DNA of 64,000 bases, taken from the IMG/VR virus record IMGVR_UViG_3300046454_000807, positions 1 through 64,000 of that record; one strand, 5' to 3'. The stretch is from a virus. Shown piece after piece: positions 17,568-27,882 of this stretch. The stretch's first letter is position 1; each line of letters begins with the position of its first letter. The notes beneath the pieces are model-generated. The model was given only the letters and a program-made list of their open reading frames with translations, did no database searches and was not told the DNA's origin. A program made the position numbers and the translations under genes.

Positions 17568-20500
17568 TGGCCCTTGAGTTCGGACAGTTCGAGAAGGAAG
17601 CGGGCGCGCTCCTTGCGCAGATGCGGCGCAGTGCCGACTCGCTGGCCGCGATCGAGCAGGAGGCCAAGGCCGGTCGCGTCTCCACATCCCAGGTCGAGAG
17701 TCAGGTCACCAGGCCAGCGGCCGCAGAGGGCACGGCCACGCAGGCAGAGATCAGGAGCCGTGGGCTTGCCACCGACCAGCTCGTGGCCCGCCAGCGGGCG
17801 CTCACCGCCGCAGAGCAGGAGTCGGCGAGGGCAGAGTCGCTCTTCGCCCAGAACATGGCCCAGAGCAGCGCCGGCATCCGCACCACCGGCGCCCTGACCA
17901 ACGAGTTCGTCGAAGAGGCGAAACGCGGGGCGGTGACGATCAGGGAGATCGGCGCCGAGGTCACCGGGACGATCGCCAAGTTCGGAGGGTGGATCGTCGC
18001 CGGTGGAGCGGTCTACTTCGCCTTCGACGCGCTGACCAAGTTGAAGACCGGCGCGGTGGACGCGACCTCGGGCGTCGAGCAGATGAGCAGGGTCATCACC
18101 AACCTCGATGTGCATTCGGCCACCGAAGAAGTGAAAGAACTGGCCAAAGAGTTCAACCTACCGATCGGGACTGTCACCGAAACGGCCTTCGGGATCGGCA
18201 AGGCATACCACGACCAGGCCCAGGCTCTCCTCGCCACCAAATCCGCCCTCTATGCGGTGAAGGTCGGCGAGCTGGATGCCGGCACCGCGACTCGATACCT
18301 GATCTCGATCATCAACGGCTTCCACCTGCCGGCGAGCGACATGGCACAGCTCTTCGATCAGTTGCTCACTGCCCAGAAGCGCTACGCGATCGACCTGCCG
18401 AGCCTGATGGCCGGTGTCGGCCGCGCGGCGGGGTCCTTCCGGGCTGCCGGCGGCGACGTTCACACCCTCATCGCTCTCATCACCACCCTCCAGCACGTCT
18501 CCGGTCAGACCGGCAACGTGATCGGCACTGCGATCCAGCGATCCCCGCACTTCATCGCGATGCCACAGAACCAGTCGATCCTGGAGCAGTTCGGCATCAA
18601 CCCGAAAGGGAGCATCGAAGAAATCTACAGCGAAGCGATCAATGCCGCGCAGGGTAAATCGGGTCAGGTGCAGCGGCAGATCGCCGAAGGGCTGTTCGGT
18701 CCACAGTACGGATCGCGCGTCGGCATCTTCCTCCTCCAGAACAAGAAACTCTTCGAGGAAGTGTTCAAAGAAACGTCGCCGAAGCACGCACACGGTGCTG
18801 CCGAAGAACAGCTTCAGATCACCCTGCGCAAGACCAGTGAGCAAATCTCCAAGATCGGGCACCAGCTCGAACAGATCGGGCTCGGGCTGGCCCAGGGCCA
18901 CCTGCTCGACTCACTCGGGCTCGCGCTGAACCTCGTCAACGGCATCCTCGAACTGACCAACAGCCTGATCGGCAACTTCGACCGACTACCCAACGGCGCC
19001 CAGCAGCTCCTGGCCTACCTGATCCAGGTCTCGCTGGTGGTCAAGACGCTGCGCCGGCTCAACCTCGGCGAGTCGATCGCCGGCGGTCCTGTCGGGCCGG
19101 TCGGTGGCGGCCGCGGCGCCGCGGCTCGCTTCTTCGGCTACGAAAGCCCGCAGGCGTTCGCCAAGGAAACGCGCGAGGGCTTCCTGAACGAGCAGCGGGC
19201 GCTGGAGAAAGAACTGTCCCGGCTCAGCACCCAGCAGTACCGGGCTGGCCGTCGCGAGACGATCGCCTACGGCACCGCAGGGGCTGCCCAGCGCGATCTC
19301 CAGGGCGCCGTGGGTCGCTACGGGGCGTCGTCGCCAGAGGTCACCGCGGCGCAGCAGCGCGCCGACGCCGCCGCAGGTGACGCGAAAAACGCCAGCGCCC
19401 GCAGCCTCGCGCTCGCTAACGACCAGGAGGCCGCCGCACAGCGCCTGGCGCAGGTGCAGACCTCGATCGTGGCTACCCGCCGCAAGATCGTCGGTGGGCT
19501 CGACGTGGAGCGCACGCTGGCTGAGGCCGAACGGCTCGGCTACCCGGTGCCGGCTGGCTTCACGAAGGGCGCTGTGGGGTCCAGGACGCTCAGGATGGCG
19601 CCTACGCAGTCGCAGCTCGCCGAGCTGGAGACGGTGCGCGCGCTTCAGGCCCGCGGCCTGATCCCTCCCGAGGCCGAGAGTCAGGCAGCCGCGGCCGCCA
19701 CGGGGGTCAGCGGTGCCGCGCAGAAGGTCACCGCCTTCGGGACCAAAATCGGCGGCGTCCGCGGCGCCCTGGGCTCGCTCGGAAGCGCCTTTAGCGGGCT
19801 CCTGGGCAAGGCCGGCACCCTGGCCATCGCCGCCTTCACGATCGGCTTCCTCTCCGAAGAGCTGACGAGCCTGGCCGAGAGTGTCGGTCACGAGTTCGAA
19901 TCGGTCACCGCGATCAGCAACAGCTCACAGGCCCGGCTGCAACATCTCCAGGACCTGAAGAAGGGCAGCGAAGGCGGGGAATCGTTCAAAGAGCGCCTCT
20001 TCAACCTGACCGAAGTCACTCATGTCGGGCCAGTTCCCGTCCCTACCTTCGGGCTCGGGCCGGAAAAGGGCATCGGCGAAGAACGCGCTGAAGTCGAAAA
20101 GGCCGAAGCCAAAAACATCGAAAACATCCTCAAGCTCCAGAAACGTGCGGGTAAGGAAGGTAAGCCCATCCCGTTCCGTTACGGGAGTGAAATTCAGAAA
20201 GACATCGAAGGGCTGAAAAAGTCTCACGAGTCGCGCAAGCAGGTCGAAGAAGGACTCGAAAAATACGAAGAGGAGCTGGAACACTCCGCGCCGTCGCCAC
20301 ACCAGTCCAAGGAACTCGCAGCAGCGCGAGCCGCGCTGGACGAAGCCAAGGTCGAACATGCCAAGGGCAAGGACCTGGTGCAGGCATTGCAGGCGCTGAA
20401 GAGTTCGCAGATCGGTGAACGGCTCCAGGCGAACCTCACTCTCCTCGGCGGCTCTGAAGGTGTGCAGTATGACCCAGCCGAGGCGAAAAAGCTCGGGCTC

Positions 20501-21988
20501 ATCTACCAGGCGCTGTCGCAGAAAATCGGTACCTCGACCGACCCGAAGTCGGTCCAGGAACTCGACCAGGCCCGGCAGGAGTATTTCTCCGGTGTCCAGC
20601 AGGCGATCGCTAGCGAACTCCAGTACCAGCTCGATTTGTCGAAAACGCCGCAGGACCGCACTCAGGCATATGCACAGGCGATCTCTCGCTACCGCCAGTT
20701 CAGTGGTTCCTCGGAGGGCGAACTGAAACGTCAGCAGCACAGTGTCGCCAAACTCCAGAAAGAACGGCAAAAGCTCCAGGCCGCGCAGGAAAAGGAACTC
20801 GAAACCGTACAGGGTCCCGAAATCAAGACCCAGAACCTGCCGACCAGCAAAGCGCTCCAGAAACTCGATCAGCGGCTCGGCACCGAAAAGGACAAGCTCA
20901 AAGAGCTGGCCGACCAGCAGTCACAGAAGCAGCGGTTCATCCGAGACATCATCCAGAAGCTGCGCGAGGAAGAGTTCCAAGCCAACAGTGCGCTACGGCA
21001 AGCGGAGGAGAGCGCCAAGGAAGCACTGACGGCGAACCCAATCCAGCAGACCGAAGAGAAGATCAGGTTCCTGGGCAAAGAAGTGGCCCAGGCGATCAAG
21101 GTCTACGGGCGCGACTCCCAGCAGGTCTTCCAGCTCATCACCGAACAGCGACAGGCCCGACAGCAGCTCGTGCAGGACCAGCTCGGGCTCCTTCAGGCCC
21201 GCGGCCAGCTCGCCTCGGCCGGGATCATCCAGCAGGTCCCGAAGGAGAAAGCGACTCTCTACGGACCCGGTGGCCTGATCGCCCAGCTCCGCTTCGAGGA
21301 AGCGCACCATAACGCCTTCGACCCCAAGCAATTCATCGAACTGGAGGCCCAGGTCAAGGCGGCCGAAGCGCAGCTCGCCTACGACATCCAGCAGGAAGCG
21401 AACCAGATTGCCGACGCGCAGTTCGGTATCCGGGAAGCGCGGGCCAACCGGGCATCGAATCCTGTGCTCGCAGCGAAAGTCGCCGTCGAGAAAGCGAAGT
21501 ACGACGTGGAGCACGCCCAGACTCCACTCGAAAAGCTCAGCGCGCAGCAGAACCTGATCCAGGCTTTGGCGGCCAAGCGTGACGCCGTTGCGCAGGCCCG
21601 GCTCGAAACGATCAACTACGAAGCCGACATCCAAAAGATCAGCACGCAGCAGGAGATCGAACAGCTCGAAAATCTTCTGCACACCTACAAACTCAGCCTC
21701 TCGGCCCGGCGCCAGGTCAGGGAGCAGATTCACTCCCTGAAGAACCAGCTCTCTCAGGAAGGTCAGGCGTTCAACCTGAACGTTGGCGACTTCAGCTTGC
21801 CGACGGCCTACGACATTCGGCGTGCAGTGCTCAGCTCGGGGCGCGGGGCTGCCGGCGCCACGGTGAACCAACAGAACAGCTTCAACATCCAGAACTACTC
21901 CAGCGATCCGAACGTGGTGGGGCGCGCGATCAGCAACGTCCTCGGGGGCGCCGCGGAGTCGGCAGCGCGATCGGCAGGTGTCGCATGA
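17567..21988 (+). CDS. Tape measure protein
   Basis: 1473 aa, Ala/Gln/Leu-rich and helical, with hydrophobic segments. Confidence 0.93.
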   Translation: MALEFGQFEKEAGALLAQMRRSADSLAAIEQEAKAGRVSTSQVESQVTRPAAAEGTATQAEIRSRGLATDQLVARQRALTAAEQESARAESLFAQNMAQSSAGIRTTGALTNEFVEEAKRGAVTIREIGAEVTGTIAKFGGWIVAGGAVYFAFDALTKLKTGAVDATSGVEQMSRVITNLDVHSATEEVKELAKEFNLPIGTVTETAFGIGKAYHDQAQALLATKSALYAVKVGELDAGTATRYLISIINGFHLPASDMAQLFDQLLTAQKRYAIDLPSLMAGVGRAAGSFRAAGGDVHTLIALITTLQHVSGQTGNVIGTAIQRSPHFIAMPQNQSILEQFGINPKGSIEEIYSEAINAAQGKSGQVQRQIAEGLFGPQYGSRVGIFLLQNKKLFEEVFKETSPKHAHGAAEEQLQITLRKTSEQISKIGHQLEQIGLGLAQGHLLDSLGLALNLVNGILELTNSLIGNFDRLPNGAQQLLAYLIQVSLVVKTLRRLNLGESIAGGPVGPVGGGRGAAARFFGYESPQAFAKETREGFLNEQRALEKELSRLSTQQYRAGRRETIAYGTAGAAQRDLQGAVGRYGASSPEVTAAQQRADAAAGDAKNASARSLALANDQEAAAQRLAQVQTSIVATRRKIVGGLDVERTLAEAERLGYPVPAGFTKGAVGSRTLRMAPTQSQLAELETVRALQARGLIPPEAESQAAAAATGVSGAAQKVTAFGTKIGGVRGALGSLGSAFSGLLGKAGTLAIAAFTIGFLSEELTSLAESVGHEFESVTAISNSSQARLQHLQDLKKGSEGGESFKERLFNLTEVTHVGPVPVPTFGLGPEKGIGEERAEVEKAEAKNIENILKLQKRAGKEGKPIPFRYGSEIQKDIEGLKKSHESRKQVEEGLEKYEEELEHSAPSPHQSKELAAARAALDEAKVEHAKGKDLVQALQALKSSQIGERLQANLTLLGGSEGVQYDPAEAKKLGLIYQALSQKIGTSTDPKSVQELDQARQEYFSGVQQAIASELQYQLDLSKTPQDRTQAYAQAISRYRQFSGSSEGELKRQQHSVAKLQKERQKLQAAQEKELETVQGPEIKTQNLPTSKALQKLDQRLGTEKDKLKELADQQSQKQRFIRDIIQKLREEEFQANSALRQAEESAKEALTANPIQQTEEKIRFLGKEVAQAIKVYGRDSQQVFQLITEQRQARQQLVQDQLGLLQARGQLASAGIIQQVPKEKATLYGPGGLIAQLRFEEAHHNAFDPKQFIELEAQVKAAEAQLAYDIQQEANQIADAQFGIREARANRASNPVLAAKVAVEKAKYDVEHAQTPLEKLSAQQNLIQALAAKRDAVAQARLETINYEADIQKISTQQEIEQLENLLHTYKLSLSARRQVREQIHSLKNQLSQEGQAFNLNVGDFSLPTAYDIRRAVLSSGRGAAGATVNQQNSFNIQNYSSDPNVVGRAISNVLGGAAESAARSAGVA

Positions 21989-22413
21989 GAGACAAGTTCG
22001 TCAACCCACTGAACAGCGAATCCTACGAATGGGACATTAGCCACAGCGACGAGGAGCCGATGGGCAAGACCCGTCAGATTACCGAGTCGGCCAACACTGC
22101 GAACACGGGGCTCGTCAAGCAGCAGGGTGACGTACAGCCGCTGGTGATGAAGTACAACGGCACGATCCTCAAGCGTTCGCAGTTCAAAGAATTCTGGCGC
22201 TGGTTTGAGCTGTGTGAGACGCAGACGATCTATTTCACTGACTTCGATGGTCAGGAATACGAGGTCATCATCACTGACTTCGCGCCGAAGCGGCAGCGGA
22301 CGGTGCGTAACCCCCGCGACGCAGCCAACACGCCATTGCACTACTGGAACTACTCGATCACGATGGAGGTCATCCGGGTCATCAAAGGCGACCTCGAAGG
22401 GCTCACCGCCTGA
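21985..22413 (+). CDS. Distal tail (Dit-like) protein
   Basis: Immediately follows the tape measure; size. Confidence 0.6.
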   Translation: MRDKFVNPLNSESYEWDISHSDEEPMGKTRQITESANTANTGLVKQQGDVQPLVMKYNGTILKRSQFKEFWRWFELCETQTIYFTDFDGQEYEVIITDFAPKRQRTVRNPRDAANTPLHYWNYSITMEVIRVIKGDLEGLTA

Positions 22414-24545
22414 TGCCCACCGCCGAAGAAATCGCCCTTCACCGCCACCGCTGGCTCTCGATGAAGCACGTTGGGGACTCGCGGCCGACCGTGCGCGTCT
22501 TCGTGCGCAAGGGGCACCTGGAGCGTCACTACAAACAACTTCCGAACGAGGATGTCTTCTGCTTCATCCCCGGCCTGCTGAACCCCAACATGGTTTGGTA
22601 CGGCCAGTGGGTTGCCGACTCCGATTACGTCGAGGTCCCCAACGTCAAGGAAGTGAAGGGGGAACAGGACTACGAACAGAACGGCGTCGAGTCACTCACC
22701 ATTCAATTCGACAATATCGCGATGGTCGAAAAACACGGGAACCTCGGCGCGCTCTTCCACATGATCGACCGCGGCTACTACAGCCCGCAGCGCGGCCAGC
22801 GCAGCCTCCGCGGTGAGCAGGCCGGCGAAAAAAACGACTGGTTCGACACCTGGAAGGACAAGTCCACGCAGATCGTCGTGCTCGGAGGCTACGGCGATGC
22901 GATCTTCCCGCTGCACGTAGGCATGATCGACAAGGTGTCGCTGACCTCTCGGCCGGACACGGTGACCGTGAACGCCCGCAGTATGGGGCAGTTCCTCACC
23001 GACCAGCGCATCTTCATGGACGCGAAGAACCTTTGGCTCCGCGATCCCATCACCTTCGCCGATCGAGTGCAGGTGCAGGAGGGACCGAACGTCGCCAACC
23101 AGGCGAATGCGAAGTCCGAAAAGCCGGGCGCCATAGCCAACAACGCGGTGGACGGCTCGACGAAAAGCGCCTGGGTCTCGGAAGGTCACAGCGACGCCGG
23201 GCAGCTTGAGTGGATCGAGTTCCCACTGGCCGCGGGGCACTTCATCAAGCTCGAACTCTACCCGGCCTTCCAGAACATGGAAATGTACGTCTCCGTCTTC
23301 GCCAGTAACGAAAACGTGCCCGGTGGTGGTGAAGCCCGACTTGGCAGCGGGACCAAACTCGGCGCTGGCTGGGTGAACCGCGGAGCTGGTCAGGTGCCGG
23401 GGACCACCATTCCATTCGTCAACTACGTGCCAGGCATCCGGGGCTCGCTGACGACCTACCCGATCACCACGGACGGGCAGAAGATCATCTCCGGGGACGG
23501 GACGAAGGTCAGGGTCTGGTTCCGCAATCTGCACTCCTCACCGAGCGACAACGGCAAGACCACAACGCTCCGTGCTGGTGTGCGCGAGTGCCGCATCCGC
23601 GACGCCTCGGTGCCGGAAACGGTTCGGAAGGGCCACTGGATTCTGATCGACGACGTGTCGGACATGGTGAAGGTGATCCTCCAGTGGGCTGGCTTCCACG
23701 ACTGGGAAATCGAAACGACTGGTGTGCGCCTCTCCGACAAGGTGGTGTTCGATCGCCAGAAGTTCTTGATCGACCCCATCAACTACATCAAGGAACAGGT
23801 CGGCTTCGTCTTCTATATCAGGCCACCGGACGACTTTGACGTGAACGATCTCTCACCCAGCAACGAGACCAACCTGAATATGGGTACGGCCGTCTTCCGA
23901 CAGGCGTCGAGCATGAAGCAGGAATCGCCCGACTCGGTGGAGTCGGTGCGCGACGACAACCTGCTCACCGCCGTCAACGCCGAGTTCGACGCCAACCAGC
24001 TCCCCGATTCGATCCGGGTGAGGGGCAAGGCGGTCTCCGACAAGATCGCGCTCAACGACCCGATGCACATCCACGCGCTCGGCGCCGATCGCACCAAGCG
24101 GTTCCAGGCGAGCTATCGGCCGGTGTGGGCTCGGGACAACTCCGACGGCGCCGCGCACCTGCGCCGGCCGGAGGTCCACTACGACTACCTGCTCGACGAA
24201 ACCTACCTCTGCGAAGTGGCCTGCCTGATGATCGCCTTCCAGGCCGCCCTAGTGGCAGCCAAGGGCGAGATCGAGATACCGATGTGGCCGCTGATCCACC
24301 TGGACCACCAAACGCTGCTCTTCGACCGCGGGACCGGGATGTCAACGCGCATCTGGGTCGTGCAACGGACCTGGAGCTACGTGAGCGGCGCGGAGGTCGG
24401 ATTCAAGATGAACCTCGGTGGCTCCTTCATCGACACCAACGACGTGAGCGAAACCCGCGTCGAGCTAGAGGCGCTGCTGAACGAACGAGGGCGAATGCCG
24501 GCGCCGATCGCCCGCGCACCCTGGACGGAATCACACACCTTCTGA
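22413..24545 (+). CDS. Tail tip / baseplate hub protein with discoidin (F5/8C-like) insert
   Basis: NNAVDGSTKSAWVSE...EWIEF carbohydrate-binding motif; position. Confidence 0.75.
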   Translation: MPTAEEIALHRHRWLSMKHVGDSRPTVRVFVRKGHLERHYKQLPNEDVFCFIPGLLNPNMVWYGQWVADSDYVEVPNVKEVKGEQDYEQNGVESLTIQFDNIAMVEKHGNLGALFHMIDRGYYSPQRGQRSLRGEQAGEKNDWFDTWKDKSTQIVVLGGYGDAIFPLHVGMIDKVSLTSRPDTVTVNARSMGQFLTDQRIFMDAKNLWLRDPITFADRVQVQEGPNVANQANAKSEKPGAIANNAVDGSTKSAWVSEGHSDAGQLEWIEFPLAAGHFIKLELYPAFQNMEMYVSVFASNENVPGGGEARLGSGTKLGAGWVNRGAGQVPGTTIPFVNYVPGIRGSLTTYPITTDGQKIISGDGTKVRVWFRNLHSSPSDNGKTTTLRAGVRECRIRDASVPETVRKGHWILIDDVSDMVKVILQWAGFHDWEIETTGVRLSDKVVFDRQKFLIDPINYIKEQVGFVFYIRPPDDFDVNDLSPSNETNLNMGTAVFRQASSMKQESPDSVESVRDDNLLTAVNAEFDANQLPDSIRVRGKAVSDKIALNDPMHIHALGADRTKRFQASYRPVWARDNSDGAAHLRRPEVHYDYLLDETYLCEVACLMIAFQAALVAAKGEIEIPMWPLIHLDHQTLLFDRGTGMSTRIWVVQRTWSYVSGAEVGFKMNLGGSFIDTNDVSETRVELEALLNERGRMPAPIARAPWTESHTF

Positions 24546-25015
24546 TGCCCGAACCCGGCCTACAGCAACTGGAGCGCTCCCTGAAGAAACTGCGTCTCGG
24601 CGCGGTCAGGGACATGGATCGCATTCGCAGGAGGGCGGCCGAAGATGGGCTGATCGAGCGCGACGAACAGTTCCAGATCAGGGTCGCTGGCGTCGCGGAG
24701 GAGTTCTTCGAATGGCAGGAAGTCGCTCTGACCTTCTCGACAGCCTTCGTCGATGCGACTGCGCAGCGAGACGCGCCGTTCTCGCGGCCGCATATCTCCG
24801 TCGGGTCGGAACTGTATACCCCAACACCAGTGTCGATCACCGCGGTCGTGATGGCCTGGAAGACCAACGACCGCAACGAAACGCTGGGAGCCACCGTGGC
24901 GATCGGCGTGGCCAGCACGGACAGGGCAACGAAGTTCAAGGGCGCGGTCCACATCACCTTCGAGGGATACGGGCAGCCGGTGAACACGTTCAACGATGAG
25001 GAACTCATCACGTGA
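24545..25015 (+). CDS. Minor tail protein
   Basis: TGATG overlap at 24543-24547; beta-rich C-terminus. Confidence 0.65.
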   Translation: MPEPGLQQLERSLKKLRLGAVRDMDRIRRRAAEDGLIERDEQFQIRVAGVAEEFFEWQEVALTFSTAFVDATAQRDAPFSRPHISVGSELYTPTPVSITAVVMAWKTNDRNETLGATVAIGVASTDRATKFKGAVHITFEGYGQPVNTFNDEELIT

Positions 25016-25029
25016 GGAGGATGATTTAG

Positions 25030-26529
25030 GTGGAGCGCACGCAATTCGCTGGCCTGCTGGTCCTGGAGCCGGGTGAGTCGATCAACGAAGGCAGTGGCGC
25101 CTTCATTGGCACCGACCGCAAGACGATCGACCATTTCCTCCAGATCGGTGCCAAGACGCACCGACACACCGGGCTCAACGGCCTGACGAACCCGGCCGCG
25201 GCGCCGGGCGCGAGCATCATCGCCTCCGGCGGCACGATCTCCGCTGACCTCGCGATCTCCCTCGGCTATACGCTCGAAGACGAAAACAGCGGCGAGACCA
25301 TGCTGTCCCCGGTCGCCGTCGTCAGCACGCAGCCGCCGCTCTCCTCGCCGGTGGCCGCGCCGAGCGCTGTGGCGAACTACGCCGGCGGCTCGCTGCTCGT
25401 CAACACCTACTACTACGCCCTGACATGGGGCGATGGCGAAGGCGGCGAGACGCCGCTAGGAGCCTCCGTCAACGTCGAGCGAGCCCCAGGCTTCGCCTCC
25501 GGGCGAGTGCAGCTCAGCAACCTGAACTACGGCATGGTCGCGGCTGGCGCCAAAGAATGGCGGCTCTACCGCGCGACTGGCGGCGGCTCCTACTATCTGC
25601 TCACGACGGGCGGTACCGGGGCGAGCACGTTCACGGACGACGGGAGCCATTCGCTGGACTGCTCCACGACTCCACCTGCCGGCGAAGAAAACACCACCGT
25701 CGGAATCAACACGCTGCTGGTGACGCTTCCCTCTGGCGTGCAAGCTGGCACGACTTTCATCAACCTCTACGCGAGCGTGACGAGCGACTTCAGCGGCGGC
25801 TCGCTGATCGGCCGCTACCCGGTCGCGAGCGCCGGCCATGTCGCTGCCTTCAGCTCGCTCTCGTTCGGGGAAACGTCGCCACCACCCGTGAACCTCTCGA
25901 TCGGCGGGGCGCATCAGATCGACCCCGACACAGAGCTGCTCGAATGGCACTGGAAGCGGCCAGTGACGGCTTCTGGCCTACTGGGCTCCGGCACGATGGG
26001 CGACGTGAAGCTCTCCGAGCAGGATGGCCTCCTCTTCGCAGTGCTCTCGGCGTCGGCGGCCAACCCATCGCAATGGGTACGGATCGCCAGTGGCGGTGGG
26101 GGCGGCGCGATCACGGCCAGCGGCACCGGCGGCACGATCAACCCGGCCGAGAAGCTGACCTTCGTCGGCTCTGGCGGCTTGCTGGTCAACTTGGCCGAAG
26201 GCGCGAAAAAAGAGGCCATCATCACTATCACCGCGGGCGCTCCGCGCCTGACGATGATCGCCAGTGGGGTGTCAGTGCCCGAACTCGAAGTCGAGGAAGT
26301 TACCGCATCGGGAGGGGTGAACGTTCAGCACACCAATCCTGGCCCTCACCAGTCGAAACTCAAGTTCGAAGGCGACCGGCAGTTCCTCGGTCAAGAGGGG
26401 ATGGGGGTAATCATCCACGGCTCCAACGCTGCGGTCGCAAGGGGGACCAAGTTTAGGCAATACACCTGGATAGGTACGGTCAAACCTACCAACATACAGG
26501 TCCACGACATATGGATCGAATCATCCTAG
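25030..26529 (+). CDS. Tail fibre / minor tail protein, ASG-motif rich
   Basis: FN3-like YYYALTW...WRLYR...FTDDG motif; G/S/T rich; 7 ASG. Confidence 0.75.
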   Translation: MERTQFAGLLVLEPGESINEGSGAFIGTDRKTIDHFLQIGAKTHRHTGLNGLTNPAAAPGASIIASGGTISADLAISLGYTLEDENSGETMLSPVAVVSTQPPLSSPVAAPSAVANYAGGSLLVNTYYYALTWGDGEGGETPLGASVNVERAPGFASGRVQLSNLNYGMVAAGAKEWRLYRATGGGSYYLLTTGGTGASTFTDDGSHSLDCSTTPPAGEENTTVGINTLLVTLPSGVQAGTTFINLYASVTSDFSGGSLIGRYPVASAGHVAAFSSLSFGETSPPPVNLSIGGAHQIDPDTELLEWHWKRPVTASGLLGSGTMGDVKLSEQDGLLFAVLSASAANPSQWVRIASGGGGGAITASGTGGTINPAEKLTFVGSGGLLVNLAEGAKKEAIITITAGAPRLTMIASGVSVPELEVEEVTASGGVNVQHTNPGPHQSKLKFEGDRQFLGQEGMGVIIHGSNAAVARGTKFRQYTWIGTVKPTNIQVHDIWIESS

Positions 26530-27882
26530 ATGGCAACGATCCCCGAACAGCTCACTACGCTTTCGCTTCTTGATTCGCTGAAACATTCAGGGGCACCAGA
26601 AAACATGACCGTCATGCCCTGGTCGGTCTCAAACGGCACCTTCAGCGAAACCACCGGCTGGTCTCCGCCGGGGTTCTTCGAAGGACTAGGGGGCCTCCGA
26701 GGCGGATACTTCGACAACAGGAATCGAGTCTCGGGAAGCTATGCCGTCGGCGTGAAGAAGACCACCGGCTCGCTTCAGGGTCTTCGCCAGTTTGACCTCT
26801 GGCTCTTTCACCAGGGCGGCTCGAAAGCCAGTGGCTACCACGTTGCGGTTCTCGCAGAAGCCTCGGGAAAGGTGCAGTACATACTTCGTAAGTGGACGGG
26901 TGCCTCGGAACCGACCATTATTTTTGAATCGGCCAAAGAATTGACGTTCAGCGAAAACGACTCCTTTTTCTTGGCGTATGTGGACGGTATGGTGGAAATC
27001 TACCATCAGGCAGGCGCAGGTACGCCCGAACTAATCGGCCAGGTAGAAGACTCCACCTACAGTGAGGGGTACATTGGCTTTGGTGGCAACGGTTCCAACC
27101 CGAAGCTCATCAACCTTGCCTGTGGCACACTTGTCCTCCCCCCTGAAGTCGTTCGGAAATGGACCAATTCTCCGGCTTCGCAGATTGTCGCAGCCCTCGG
27201 GCAGGTCCCTCTTGCCTCGCCCGTCACGGTTGCTGCTCTTATCAAGTATGAAAAAGATGGGAGCATCCTGGTCATCGAAAATGAAGCCGGGGAAACCCTT
27301 GAAGGACAACTCTTTGGGATCAATGTTGGAACCCTGATTTTGCTCGGCAAAGAAGCTGGAGTTAAACCGCCTAAAGAAGGGTGGGTGTTGGTGGCGGGCA
27401 CTAAGGCCGCTGGAGAAGCCAAAGTGCGACTCCACATGTATGTGTTCTCGACGAGGAAATGGGAACATAAAGAAGGCTCCGAAAACGTAGTTGGAAACCT
27501 GAAAGGCAACAAAGCTAGGCTTGGAGGCAAACTGAATGCAGTCGGTCCCTTCGGGGGGTCGATGGCCGCTGTGGGGGTCTGGAACTCAGTCCTGACCGAC
27601 GCTCAGGTGGAAGCCCTCGTTGAAGCCGGCTCTCTCGAAAACTGGCGCACTGCCGGAGGGTCCAAGCCGGTGGCGCTCTGGCTCTTCAACCAGCCGCTAG
27701 TGAGCGTCGCAGTCAAAGACATCATCGGCAGCTCCAACGAGATAAGCCACACCGAAACCACGGTAGTCACCGAAAGCCCACCAATCCCCTACAAGACGAA
27801 ACTCATCAAGGTCCTGTCGAGTGGGGGCGTGCAGGAACTCAGGCGGTGGATTTTCGGAGCCGAAGGCATGATCCGCGCCTGA
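26530..27882 (+). CDS. Receptor-binding protein with concanavalin/LamG-like domains
   Basis: FGGSMAAVGVWNSVLTDAQVEAL LamG motif; VEDSTYSEGYIGFG lectin motif; lower GC. Confidence 0.7.
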   Translation: MATIPEQLTTLSLLDSLKHSGAPENMTVMPWSVSNGTFSETTGWSPPGFFEGLGGLRGGYFDNRNRVSGSYAVGVKKTTGSLQGLRQFDLWLFHQGGSKASGYHVAVLAEASGKVQYILRKWTGASEPTIIFESAKELTFSENDSFFLAYVDGMVEIYHQAGAGTPELIGQVEDSTYSEGYIGFGGNGSNPKLINLACGTLVLPPEVVRKWTNSPASQIVAALGQVPLASPVTVAALIKYEKDGSILVIENEAGETLEGQLFGINVGTLILLGKEAGVKPPKEGWVLVAGTKAAGEAKVRLHMYVFSTRKWEHKEGSENVVGNLKGNKARLGGKLNAVGPFGGSMAAVGVWNSVLTDAQVEALVEAGSLENWRTAGGSKPVALWLFNQPLVSVAVKDIIGSSNEISHTETTVVTESPPIPYKTKLIKVLSSGGVQELRRWIFGAEGMIRA

